Positions 46,959 to 59,312 of a stretch of 64,000 nt of DNA are shown piece by piece (position 1 is the first letter of the stretch; the number at the start of each line of letters is the position of its first letter). The translations under genes were made by a program, and so were the position numbers. Below the pieces are notes generated by a model. It was not told the origin of the DNA. It searched no databases and worked only from the letters and a program-made list of their open reading frames with translations. Source of the stretch: Scyliorhinus canicula (taxonomy: Eukaryota); NCBI RefSeq assembly GCF_902713615.1, contig NW_024055493.1, positions 1 through 64,000 of the forward strand. The letters are read 5' to 3'.

Positions 46959-47036
46959 GGTTTTTGTATGAGGATGTCGCTGTGCACAGCACTGTGACCC
47001 ACTGTAGTCACAGTGACAGACACCCGCACAAAAACT
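46959..47036 (-). other. IGHD: D1 segment (ACTACAGTGGGT, 46997-47008) with 12-RSS on the V side and 22-RSS on the D2 side
   Basis: CACAGTG-12-ACAAAAACT on +; CACAGTG-22-ACAAAAACC on -; the standard chondrichthyan D1 arrangement. Confidence 0.93.
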
Positions 47037-47407
47037 GCACTCACTCTCTGTACAGTCTTACCGCTCAATATTCACTTCAAATACACGTTTACTTCTGATC
47101 TAATTTACAATTTATACAGCAGTTTATCAAATCCAATGTAAATACACTTTCTCCAAGTATCAGAAATAATAAAACGATGATTATATTCAAGTCTGTATTT
47201 GCTGAAACTGTGAACAGTAAATATAAACAGGCAAAAGCTCATCCTATTATGTCGATTGGTTTGTTCGGTTTTACTGTTTAATTTTCTCTGTGTTAGTTAT
47301 GTAAGAAGCAGCTTGTGTTTAGATTCTGACCACTGACATTAATATTACATTTGGATAAAGTACTGACCTTCAGGTTAAGGTGCAAGTTGCTGAATTCCAC
47401 CTCGAGC

Positions 47408-47446
47408 TGTTCTTGTGCGGGTCCAGCCCTGGTTCCTCTCGCTGTG
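47408..47446 (-). other. VH 23-RSS
   Basis: CACAGCG (47446-47440), 23 nt, ACAAGAACA (47416-47408). Confidence 0.9.
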
Positions 47447-47751
47447 GTCTCTTGCACAGTAATAGATGGCGGTGTCTTCGGTCTTCAGGTTCGTCATGGC
47501 CAAAGAGAAGATGTTGTTTGAAGTGTCTTTGGACGCAGTGAATCGATCTTTAATGGCTGGGGCGTAGTTGCTGTTGGATGAACTATAGTACCGAAGCAGC
47601 CACTCCAGCCCCTGTCCGGGAACTTGGCGGACCCAGTGCATGGCATAGCCGCTAAGATCGAAGCCGCTGGTTTTACAGGTCAGTCTCAGGGAGCCTCCGG
47701 GACTCCCCGTCTCTGCCTCTGGCTGAGTCAACACAACATCCGACTGGACAC
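47447..47751 (-). CDS. IGHV: VH exon (end of leader plus V domain), open frame
   Basis: [53 protein letters not shown]...[11 protein letters not shown]; conserved Cys, Trp and YYC; TTTTACAG| acceptor. Confidence 0.98.
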
Positions 47752-47879
47752 CTGTAAAAATATATCAAAAAGCCCGAGGATTAATGCTGGAGAAATGATT
47801 GGTGACTCTGGAACATTCCAGAGAGAGACTAACACTGAGACAGTAACAGTGAGAGACTTGGACAATAAAAACTACTCAC

Positions 47880-47925
47880 GGCATAAGAAAGTCAGCAACA
47901 GACTGAGAGAAATGGCCCACCTCAT
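47880..47925 (-). CDS. IGHV: VH leader exon
   Basis: ATG...MRWAISLSLLLTFLC + C|GTGAGT; 46 nt, phase 1, in frame with the V exon. Confidence 0.95.
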
Positions 47926-48015
47926 CCTTCTGGTCATTTGGGGGAAATGGTTGTGTCAGGAACTCAGTGAACAAACCAGCTCCCGGACTGTTGGATTCGG
48001 GTCCCAGTGAGCGGC

Positions 48016-48089
48016 ATTTAAATACCCGGCAGAAGGGGGCGGCTTTCCAGGCGCCGCCTGTTGATTCCCTGGTGGAGGCGGCGCCTGGA
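48016..48089 (-). promoter_or_regulatory. VH promoter: TATA-like TATTTAAAT (48024-48016), GC box and a 14-bp inverted repeat
   Basis: TATA-like element about 90 nt upstream of the ATG; no perfect octamer nearby. Confidence 0.6.
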
Positions 48090-50309
48090 TCCACGTCCCA
48101 CCTTCCACACCCCCAACAGAATGGACCCATAGATTTACTATAGATTATTATTTAAAACAAACATTAGATCGGTATCGGTATATTTGTTTGGAGAAATTGA
48201 TTAATTGTAATGTCTCTCCTCACCCGAATGGAAAATTATATTTGAGCATCTCTGAGTAAATTCTAATGTCATTATATATTAAGTCTCATTATTTCTGCAC
48301 TCCAGTATAAAAGGATGAACATAAACAGATTAAATTACATTATCAGGGAATAAATCGTCTGTCTGTCTGATTTGCAACACTCTCGGTTTCTATCCCATTA
48401 CAACAATAAAGTATAATTTATGAGACGAAATGTAACTAAATGAGGGAATGAATGACGTGATTACATTTGCAGTGCGGATGGCCATCACTGTACAATGTGG
48501 GCCTGTCGACAAGAAGAAACTCTAACATTGCACAATGTCTCTCTTTACATTTCTGGAACTACCCCTGGGCCTCAGACAGTCCTGTAAACATTAGCGGTAA
48601 AAGAAGCCGCTTGCCTGATAATTCAGCAATGAGTTGACAGAGAAACATAAAATTCACACCAGCTTTTGACAGAGAAGTTAATGAATCAGAACGGACGCGG
48701 CGATCAGCAAAGTTATCCTTCAGCATCCAAATCGTTGCCGCTAATTTTACTGACCACCGGCTGTCTAACATTCACTGGTGTTGGGAACACAGGATATCAG
48801 GACTTTGCGGCATATTACACAATATCACAGGAATAAATGTTTTATTCTCCACGAAAGCAGGTCATGAACTGGTCATTTCTCCACTCATTGGCAGCAATGA
48901 GAGGGACTGTTAAACAATTGAAATCCAGACAAATTAAACTGTACATAACACGGTGTTAATCGGGTATAAGAGATCAAGGAGATCAAGAATTCGGAGAATA
49001 TTCTAGGAATCCCCGCGAGTTTAATGCAGTTTATTTACTTTAAATTCATTTTATTTTATTTTTTGTAATTGAAGTCATCTTATTGAACTTGTGGATTGGG
49101 TCCATTAACACCACTCACTCTCACTTCATTAGGCTCTTAACAAACGGACTTTAATAACTAGAGTGACCTTTCCTCGGAACTAATATAAATTAAATAGCAT
49201 CTGGTCAGTTAACTATTTTCCCATTGTGTTTAATCTCATAGTGAACAAAACATTCAGTGAATATATTTCTTTGCATGGATCACCATTTAAAACGTTTACT
49301 TCATGTGCGACTGAAACATTTATTGTTTGAATGGATAAATCCCATTTTATCCATTCATATTCAGGCTAATCTGCCCCACACTGTATTTGGCAGCAATCCA
49401 GCCGCCTGCAGTCAGGGCGGCTCGAATGTTCGATGTTGTTTACAGGAAGCATCTGGATTTGTTTTTCAAAGATCTGTTTCCTCAGTACTGACCGCTTGGC
49501 TGCAAGCCAACTTCAAATTCTTAACATTGTCAATGAGGACTATTTATAAACAAATCTACCCAGCAACAGTACTGGAGATCATTTTATGTTTTAAATTGCG
49601 AATTTATTTGAACTGTTCCCATCTCTAAGGAAAGGAGATTTTTCCAGCTTTTCTAGCCTCTCTTAACAACACTAACCGGCTGGAGGATCTCTCCCACACC
49701 TCATAACATTGTGATGATGGATAGAAATACAAACAGACTATCAGACAGAGGGTACATTTTGTAATAGATAAACACGTAATTCATGTGTTTTCCCTTTATT
49801 CTTCCATGGAATGTGGGACTCACTGGCAAGGCCACCATGTGTTCCCTGTCCCTAATTGCTGTTGAACTGAGTGGGCCAGCTCAGAAGGAACTGAAGAGTC
49901 AGACATGTTGCTGTCCAACTGGAGCCACATGTAGGTGAGACCAGGGAGGGATGTCAGATTTCCTTCATTGATGATGCAGAGGGGATTTCATGGTCACCAT
50001 TATTATGTATTCCATATTTATTAATTGATATCAAATTCCACCACTGACAATAGTGGGATTTGTACCTGAGTCCCCACAGGATTAGACTGGGCCTTTGGAT
50101 TACTGGTACAATAACATGAATACTACACCACCACCTGCCAAAAGATAAAGGGATGACTGCTTTTATGTAGGGATGGATGTTGGTTGGATGCCTGAATATT
50201 TTAAATGAGGAATCAGTGAATGTGGTTGATGGATGGATGGATAAATGGTCTGAAAGATGTTGCTCCACATTCTCAATTTTGCGCTTGATAAATTAAAGCA
50301 GGTCCTTCA

Positions 50310-50625
50310 TAATTTGTGGATAGCACAATTGCTTCACAGCTCCAGGGTCCCAGGTTCGACTCCGGCTTGGGTCACTGTCTGTGTGGAGTCTGCACATCCT
50401 CCCCGTGTGTGTGTGGGTTTCCTCCGGGTGCTCCGGTTTCCTCCCACAGTCCAAAGATGTGCAGATTAGGTGGATTGGCCATGATAAATTGCCCTTAGCG
50501 TCCAAAATTGCCCTTAGTGTTGGGTGGGGTTACTGGGTTCTGGGGATAAGGTGGAGGTGTTAACTTTGGGTAGGGTGCTCTTTCCAAGAGCCGGTGCAGA
50601 CTCGATGGGCCGAATGATACTCTAT
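50310..50625 (+). mobile_element. V-SINE-like element
   Basis: Head TAGCACAATTGCTTCACAGCTCCAGGG, central domain and GGGCCGAATG tail. Confidence 0.8.
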
Positions 50626-51519
50626 GAATATGATAATTAGTGCCAGACTAATATATTCGGTGGCTGAAGCTTTTCTGGGTGAATTCCATCCCCAGACTAT
50701 CGAGAACTGACGAGCTGGACGTCACTAAGACGAAAGGAGAGATATTCCTGCGGTTCTAGTGATTCTTCTCTACTGATGGCGAATCTTCATTTCAAAGACA
50801 GAAAGCGGGAACATGATTACATTGAGGAGGGACGGTTGTAATATTGTGTGCATGTGGTCCTTTCATGTACAAAAGTCACTCCAGATGTCCCGACACAACT
50901 TAATGAAGACACCAGACTGAAAACAGAAATCCTGTGAAACTCAGTGGACAGATACAGACGTTGAATGGCTTTCCAAAACAGTGTAATAACAAATCGGGAT
51001 TTAAAGATTCATTAACGTCACATCAGGTACAGGTATTTTCATTTCTACCGACACTTTAAAAATCATCTCACCCTCCAGTCTGGCGATTCTGTGTGAGGAT
51101 GAGGTGATTACTGACCAATACAGCGCAGAGGCTGCTGGGTAGCTGCACATTATCCTCGGTGTGGTTTAATTCCATTTCACATTGAATTCTGATGCAGATG
51201 TTACTTGTTGGTGACAGAATGGTCAATGCTATCTCAAAGAAGTTTAATCTCAATAAATTATGTTAAACATAGGAATTAGGAGCAGAAGTCGGAAATTCAG
51301 CCCATCGAGCCCGCTCCGCCATTCAATCATCTTGGCTGATCTCTCCCTGGTCTCAAATCCACCTCCCTTAAATTAATTGCATTTACATTTTGTAAAACCA
51401 AATGCGGAAAATAATAGGTGAATGTAATTATTTATGTTGTGAGTTGATCATAATTGACTAATATAAGTATTTAACTTTGTGAGCTGTGATAATTGGTAAC
51501 ATTCGCCACGGAAGCGCTA

Positions 51520-52370
51520 AAGAATGACCATCTCCACCAAAATAGAATCTAGCAATCTCTCCTTGACATTCAATGATATTGTCATCGCTGAATCCCCAAT
51601 TATCAATACCATGGGTTAACATTGACCAGAAACTGTCCTGGATTGACCATATAAATGCTGAGGTGACATGATCTGGTCAGGGTCTAGGGAATCTGTGGCG
51701 AGTAACTCGCTCATGACTCCCAAAGCCTGATCACCATCTATAAGGCATAGTCAGGAGTGTAATTGAATACTCTCCAGTTGCCTGGCTGGGTGCAGCTCCA
51801 ACAACACTGAAGAAGCTTGACACCATCCAGGTCAAAGCAGCCCGCTTGATTGTCACCCTATGTGCAAACACTCTTATGATGGACATGGATAGAATGGTTG
51901 GGCAGGAACTCATTCCCAGGGTGGCGAGGTCAGTCACCAGGTAGCATAGGTTTAAGGTCCGTGGGGCAAAGTTTAGAGGAGATGTGCGAGGCAAGGTTCC
52001 ATCCACAACCGACGAACAATGACAATAATTTACCATCTGCAAGATGCACCGCAGAAACCCATCAAGTCTCCTTTGAAACGTCTTCTAAACCCAGGCCCAT
52101 TACCTTCTCGAAGGAAAAGGCAGCTGACACATGGGAAGGTCACGACCTGGAAATTCCCCTCCAAATCACTCACTATCTTGACTTGGAAACATATCGCAGA
52201 ATCTTCGGTGTTGCTGGTTCAAACGACTAGAACTCCCTCCCTAACAGCACCGTCAGTGTACCGACACCAGAGTGACTGCGGAGGTTCAAATAGGTAGCAC
52301 ACCACCACTTTGTGAAAGACAATTAGCGATGGTCAATAAATCATGGCCCAACTAGCGACACCCGCACCAT
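51520..52370 (+). mobile_element. Non-LTR retrotransposon 3' relic (second family), with a CR1 fragment inserted at about 51870-52010
   Basis: TGACCATCTCC...ATTGACCAGAAACTG...GGAAATTCCCCTCC...TCAATAAATCATGG, homologous to 39420-40660. Confidence 0.7.
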
Positions 52371-53429
52371 ATAACTTAATTTAAAACTGTACCAATTTTT
52401 GTGAAACGACGGTAATTGGTGAATTCAATTACTTATATTCATAATTGAATGAAGATTGATGAATATAATTACTATGTTTCTGAACATTCGTGGCCTGCTC
52501 CTTCTCTGATGGAAGATATAAACCATCCCACAGGCGATTCACGATGCAAAATCATAACCAATATCTGAAAACAAAGTGGACAGATAAGACTGCAGCAACT
52601 ATTAACATATCTCACTCATAGCACCACTGGGAAGGGCTTTGCTGGCTTCACACTTTAAACACTCCATTTGCTTGCAGACCGAATGTAGCTGGAAGCACGG
52701 TGTGGTGTTTATGTCACAAGATTTACTCTGGGCGCGATCTGTTCCCTATACCACAAGTCTACCTCTTCAACTTGCTTTCATCAACATCAATAAACATTCG
52801 ACACTGTCAGCAGAGCAGGGACTATAAGATTTGGGGATAATTGGCTGTCTGCTAAAGCTCCCCTGTCTCATTCACTTCTTCCATGGCAAAATGCACTGCA
52901 TTGTACAGCTTGACGATTCCACTTCCGACAGATTCTAAATGAATAATTGAGTGAAAGAGGACCGTGTGATTGACCCAACTATATTCGGGAGCTTTCTCTT
53001 CAAGCTGCTGATCTTTGCCTTCCCTGAAGATATGGATGAAATCCACTAGCACACTCGGTCAGGCTGCAACCCCTACAACCTTTCAGTCTTCAAAACGGAG
53101 ACAAAATCACAATGCATCCGCATCAGAGAATTCCTCCACGCTGAAAATTCGATCATCCAAACAAAACCTCATCCACAGAGACTCATGGACTCTGTCCCCA
53201 ATGCCTGTAACTTGTTCTTCCTTGCCATAAGCATGAGGAAAACAGTGATCGTGGACAAGGTGTTGCACTTTCTGCCTTGATGTAGAACATGATGCTGACA
53301 TGGGGAAAGCAGGTACTACCTTTGTTTGACTCATTAAAATGTCCATGGAATAACATCAAGCTTTGGAATGAGCTAATGGTTTATAAGGCCTAAACTCTCA
53401 GAACCTTAGGTCAACAAGTTAGAACATTG

Positions 53430-53735
53430 GCAAGCACAGTTGCTTCATAGCTTCCGGGTCACTGGTTCAATATCCAGAGTCTGCACATTCTCCCCGTGTC
53501 TGCGTGGGTTCCTCCGGGCGCTCCGGTTTCCTCCCACAGTCCTAAGATGTCCAGGATAGTTGGATTGGCTATGCTAAATTACCATTAGCATCCAAAAAAG
53601 GTCAGATGGTATTACAGAGATAGGGTGGAGATGTGGGGATAGGGTGGAGGTACGGGTTAGGTAGGATGCTGTCTCCAAGGGACTTGATGGGCCGAATAGC
53701 CTCCTTCTGCACTGTAAATTCTATGATTCTATGAA
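53430..53735 (+). mobile_element. V-SINE-like element
   Basis: Central domain and tail GGGCCGAATAGCCTCCTTCTGCACTGTAAATTCTATG. Confidence 0.8.
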
Positions 53736-53749
53736 CCTTGTCGTATGTC

Positions 53750-54200
53750 TGTGAAACAAGGAACGCTTGCAGCTGTCAAGAAAAATAGCTCAAAAAATTT
53801 CATCTTTGTTGTCCGCAGTGCATTATGGACATTTACTGGCAGGACAAAATCAGAAATGCAGCATTGCTCTCAAAGACAGAGCTTCCAAGTCCCTTCAAAA
53901 CAATCAAAAAGAGGTGGTTTGCACGGTTCTACTGTGGTCTCCAAATGGAAGATGGTCACATGACAAAGGAATTTCCACTTCGCGAAGCAGCCGGAGCCAC
54001 GTATCCAGTGGGGAGCCAGATATTCCACTTCAAGGTTTCGTCTAAGTGTGACATAATGTCCCTAAACCTAAATATTGAGCATCGCAATTGGGTGTCACCA
54101 GCAGCAAACGGATAAAATGGCGGCACTTCCGGTGGGCTGGTGTGAGCCACCAGGACCAGTGGATTTAGCAGCTTTGACATTGACATAAACCGAGAATATG
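53750..54200 (+). mobile_element. RTE-clade LINE ORF2 C-terminal relic
   Basis: FHL..IMDIYWQDKIRNAALL...MEDGHMTKE, resembling the RTE motif ILGISWQDKV..MEDGRIPK. Confidence 0.7.
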
Positions 54201-55089
54201 GAAACCCAGAACGACAATTGGGAGCTTCATGTGCAACACTTGTCTCGAAATCAGTGGATATTTGTTGGTTATCTATTGGAAATTGAAGGATGCCTGTGAC
54301 CTGAGTGACATTCAGTTGTACACAGCATGGGTGCTTTCGCACACACACACAAAACACAGATACACAGTCTCTCACACATGCATTCTCTCTGTCTTACACG
54401 CACACCCACAATTTCCCCTTTCAACTTAAGATTCCATCTTAACTTCCTTGGAGGCTTTGGAGCCAATGACCCCAACCGTCTTTCAGCTGGTATAATGAAC
54501 CAACGAATTCGCCCCAACATCATGTACGTTAAGTTGAATGTTAAATTTCCTATGGACTCCATAAAGGGCCCAGGAAACACTCCTCCATTTAACAAACATG
54601 AACAAAAACGCGCGACCAGGGATTCAGCCGCTTTGCTCTGGCACTGACCTCACTGCGCAAGAATTAGCCACCAACACCTGCAATGAGTTAAACCTGAGAT
54701 TTTAGCGGCTCCGCAGAAGGCGATGTGATATTACATTTGTGGAAATGAATTATTGACCCATCAACATCATGGATCACACCTGACAGCAACATTTTCACAG
54801 TAACTGCAATTGCAAAGTTTGGCCAGCAGATGGAATTTAAATCGAGATGCCTTGCATTACATGAAGCAGACATTGCCTCAATAATTACTGCACTAATCAC
54901 TAATCACTAATCTCTTTTAATTTTAAATTGGGCTCCATCTGTTTTTTTTAGACTAGACTCAGTCTCTGTTTATATTATACGGCACTCTGTTTCAATTAAC
55001 ACTGCACTAGTACATGCCAATGTTTATGTCACACAATCACTGTGATCCTATTTTTAATGGATAAGATCTACCTTTGCAGTTCAGCAACA

Positions 55090-56450
55090 TCCAGTCCTGA
55101 ATAGTAATGAACAATTAAACAAATAGCCGGATTAGGAGCCTCAACAAAATTCCCCTCTTCAATGATGGGGGACCCAAGCATATCAGTGAAAAAAAAGACT
55201 GAAAGTTCCTGCCAGAGGTGCCGAGAGGATGATCCATCTCGGCCTCCTCCGGTGGTCTGCATCATCATGGATGTCAGTCTTCAGGAAATTTCATTCACTC
55301 CACACGATATCAAGAAATGGCTGACAGCGCTCCAAACGTCATTAGCCCTGGCAACATTATAGCAACAATACTGATGATTTGTGCTCCAGAACTGGCTGGG
55401 CCCCAGGCAACTTGCTCCAGTGCAGATACAGCACTGGCATGGACCCAACAATGTGTAACATTGCCAAACATGACCCGTTCACAAAACGCAGGATAAATCC
55501 AACCCAGCCAATTATTTCCCGATCAGTCCGCCTTTGATCCATCAGAAACTTTAGAAAAAGTGTCAAGGATCACCCAGTAACGTACAGTGTCCTCGGATAG
55601 TGTCCCCGGCCCAAGCTTAACCCTTCATCATAAGGTTAGAAGTGAGGATGTTCGCTGATGATTACCCGATGTTCTGCACCATATTCAACTCCTCAAATAC
55701 TGAAGCAGTTTGTCTTCAAATGCAGCAAGACTTGGACAACATTCAGGCTTGGGCTGGCAAGTGTCAGGCAATGACCATCCCAAAAAGCGAGATTCTAACC
55801 GTCTCTCGTAGATTTAAAATTATACCACCGCGATTGAATCCCCCACTTTCAATATCCTCGGAATTATCATTGCTCAAAAACTGATCATTTAAAAAATGTG
55901 GCTACAAGAGCAGGTCAGTGGGTGGAACTTCTGCGGTGAGTAACTGACCTCACGACTTCCCAAACCCTATCCATCATCTATCCGGCAGAAGTCAGGTGTT
56001 TGACACGTGAGATCTCGACGCCATCCAGGGCAGAGCAGACGGCTCGAGGAACACCCCATCCACCAACTTCAACATTCACTCTCTGCATCACGGGTGCACA
56101 ATTCTAGTAGCTTGAACGACGCACAAGGATCTAATGCAGCAACTGCCTCCTTCTATAACACCTTCCAACACAGCAACTCAGCCGCCTAAAAGGACCAGGC
56201 CCGGCAGATGCATTGTAACAACAGGACCTGCAAGTTACCCACCAGGCTTCACACCACCTTGATGGGAACTATGTCTCTGTTCCTTCACTGTCACTGGTCA
56301 AAATTCTGGAACTCCCTTCCTGTCAGCTCTGTGGGTGTACGTACTCAGTATGGAGTGCATTGGTCATAAAGAGGGCTCAACACCACATTCTCAAGGGAAA
56401 TGAGGAATTGACAGCAAATGTTGACGTTACTGGCAACTCCAAGATCCCTT
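55090..56450 (+). mobile_element. Non-LTR retrotransposon RT/3' relic (second family)
   Basis: RMFADDYPMF (RT FADD motif), QQDLDNIQAWA and a matching 3' UTR. Confidence 0.78.
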
Positions 56451-56994
56451 TAAATCATTTTAAACATATCATTTTCTGCTTACATTCACCTTGCCCCCAC
56501 CTCTGTTTACATTACACTAGGCCATGTCTCTATCACATTGCAGCAGGTCCTGTCTCAGTTTTCCTGCACTCGGCTGAATATCAGTTATTAATATCCGGGG
56601 CCCACACCCTGTTTATATTACAAATCCGTAATTATGACGCACTGACCCATGTCTTGGTTAGTCTAGTAAGAAACACGTCACAATGGTTACAGCATCAGAA
56701 CGTTTATCTGTGCATCGTAACTGGAACAACATTCTGTTTGCATCACAAGTTGTTCGATCTCAGTTATTACTCTACTAGATAGTTAAATTCCAGTAAACAA
56801 AATCCTGCTTTAGTTAATGCTGCACATGTGCATGCCCCTGTTTATATAATACTAGGCCCTGCCTCTGTTATTCTTGGATTGTACGATATCCCTCTTATTG
56901 CTGCATTGATCATGTTCAATTTGTATCAATCTGCATTCCGCTAGACCAGAATTCAGTTGATATTGCACTAGGCCCAGTCTCTGCTTATGCCTTC

Positions 56995-57290
56995 GGCGGA
57001 GGGTGGCGCATTTGGGAGCACTGCTACCTCATAGCGCCGGGGTTCAATCCTGATTGTTTGCGTGGAGTTTTTACTTTCTCCCTGTGTCTGAGTGGCTTTC
57101 CTCCAGGTGCTCCGGTTTCCTCCCATAGTCCAAATATGTACAGGTTAGGTGGATTGGCCATTCAAAATTGCCCCTCGGTGTCCAAGGATGCACAGGTCAT
57201 GGTGCAAGGGCGGGGGATTGAGGAGGGTGATATTTCAGGGGTTGGTGCAGATGCAATGGGCCGAGTGGCCTTCTGCCTTGTAAGGATTCT
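56995..57290 (+). mobile_element. V-SINE-like element, decayed
   Basis: Central domain TTTCCTCCAGGTGCTCCGGTTTCCTCCCA and tail GGGCCGAGTGGCC. Confidence 0.7.
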
Positions 57291-58544
57291 ATATTTGATC
57301 CTGAATCTGCCTACTTTTTCCGAGACCTGCGCATTTTTATTAATGCACTGAATGATGCCTCTGCTTTTAACTGTGGGTGCATTATTGCAGATATCTTTGA
57401 GATGGAAAGCTAATATAATAAACCATATTTTGGACAATAAATCAGTATATGGTAACAATCTGCAACGGATGTATAGTGTATACAGTGTATGGTCTGCAAC
57501 ATTTGATATACATTTTCAGTGCAGTCACCAGAATTAAATTTAAGATATCATTTCTTCTTTGCTGGTGCCCAAGACCAATTCCTACCCCAGAGAGTTGTAT
57601 GTGTAGGAGGATGCAGAGTATTGTGTTCCCATGTGCTTGTTGCCCTTGTGAATCTCGGAGGTCTCGGGTATGGAAGGTGCTGTTGAAGAAATCTTGGCGA
57701 GTTGCTGTAGTGCATCCCGTCGATATTACACAGTGCAGCTACTGTGTGCCTGCTGTGAAGAGAATGAAGTTGCTGTAACATTAGCTTCTGTCTCAGTTAT
57801 TTATCTAATGGTCCTTTGTTTATGTTACACAATTACAACTAGTCCATTCCCTTAGTTTATTGCATTAGGCCCAGGCAATAAAAGTTCAGTTGTACAATTT
57901 GAAGTGGCTGCAAGAAGATCAGAGATCTGTGTTTGTACGTACACACATCTAGGGTGCTGACAAGACAGAGTATGACGTTTATCTGGACATAGATCAGCAT
58001 TGCTCTCTAAAGAATTTTAGACTATCACTGTTCCCTCAGTTTTTTTTAATTTTCACAATTTCCACCTCAGCCATTTTCCAAATTACTGTGCATGGTCTAC
58101 CGCAGCAATTACTGAGGCCGGGTAATATGAAGAGATATGGCCCAGCGCAGAACTGAGGCTTCATCTAATGTAATACAAACAGAGACAGGTTTAAATTACT
58201 AGAAACAGAGTCAGGTTCTAGGTTAATGTAAAGAGAGACAAACAGGGTCCAAAACATGGAGGAGCGGAATTAGGCCATTCGACACATCGCGACTGCTCCG
58301 CCATGAAATCATGGCTAATATGTTCCTAATCCCCATTCTTCTGCCTTCTCCCAATAACTCCTGAATGCCTCGCTGATCAAGACATGTCCTCTAATTTGTG
58401 GCCTAGTTTAATATGAACAAAGATAAATAGGCCCTTATTTAATATAAACTGACAAAGGTACAAGGTAGTATAACATAAACAGAGACGGGCTCACGGCCTG
58501 GTACAATACAGCGGCAGGGCCTAGTGTCCTTTCAAATACTAGCA

Positions 58545-58985
58545 GGACAGGGGCATCACAGGTTGGAGACAAAGAGAAACTCCCTGACACTGTCCCCAGC
58601 AAACATTCTCAGAGCAGCTGCAGATTGTTTTGATATAGAATGAAATTCCCTCTACATAACTCGCTCAAACACATTAAAGGCCGAAAAACCAAAGGTTCTA
58701 TATCAGGTAAAACCTCTTCTGCCCTCTTCCTTCAGAGATCTCCAAGACAGGTTGACAGTGGGGTTAGTTACAGGGTAAGACACCTCTGCATTTTCCTATC
58801 AAACTCACCCAGGTCAGGTACAGCATTGTTCAGATACGGAGTAAATCTCCCTATGCACAGTGAGATCAAACACTCACAGGGCAAGTTCAGTGCACGTTAC
58901 ATGCAAGTAAACTTGCTCTACACTCTTCAGTCAAATGCTCCAAGGTCTCGGCAGCTGGATAAAGTGCAAGGAAGGATTCTTCTGC
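58545..58985. repeat. Decayed tandem repeat of about 63 bp
   Basis: Recurring GGTTAGATACAGAGTAAA.CTCCCTCTACAC...CAAACACTC.CAGG-like units, heavily diverged. Confidence 0.5.
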
Positions 58986-59184
58986 CCTGCCACATCAAAT
59001 CCTCAACCACCACGTGCAGCCCAGATCAGATATAGAGGAAACTTGTCTCTACAGTTCTCATTAAACAACCCAAGATCATTGAATACTCCAACCTCATTTT
59101 AGCGTAAAACTTCCTCGCCGGATTCCAATATATTGGATTCGGTGCATTTAGTTGGAAGCCAACGGGGTGAGTTCAGGCTGAGAG

Positions 59185-59312
59185 GGCTGGTTTAGCTCAG
59201 TGGGCTAGACAGCTGGTTTGTGATGCAGAACAAGACCAGCAGCGCGCGTTCAATTCCCGTTCCAGCTTACCGGAACAGGCGCCAGAATGTGGCGACATGG
59301 GGCTTTTCACAG
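59185..59312 (+). mobile_element. Short tRNA-derived SINE inserted in one copy of a local duplication
   Basis: GGGCTGGTTTAGCTCAGTGGGCTAG...GTTCAATTCCCG; absent from the paralogous segment near 63880. Confidence 0.75.

Noticed and set aside
46172-47751. Germline-joined VDJ, as in some shark clusters
   Set aside because: All six RSSs and the intervening sequences of about 380-440 bp are present, so the cluster is unjoined.
48370-48472. Octamer in the VH promoter
   Set aside because: Only 7/8 matches (ATTTGCAA at 48370, ATTTGCAG at 48465), far from the TATA box in AT-rich DNA.
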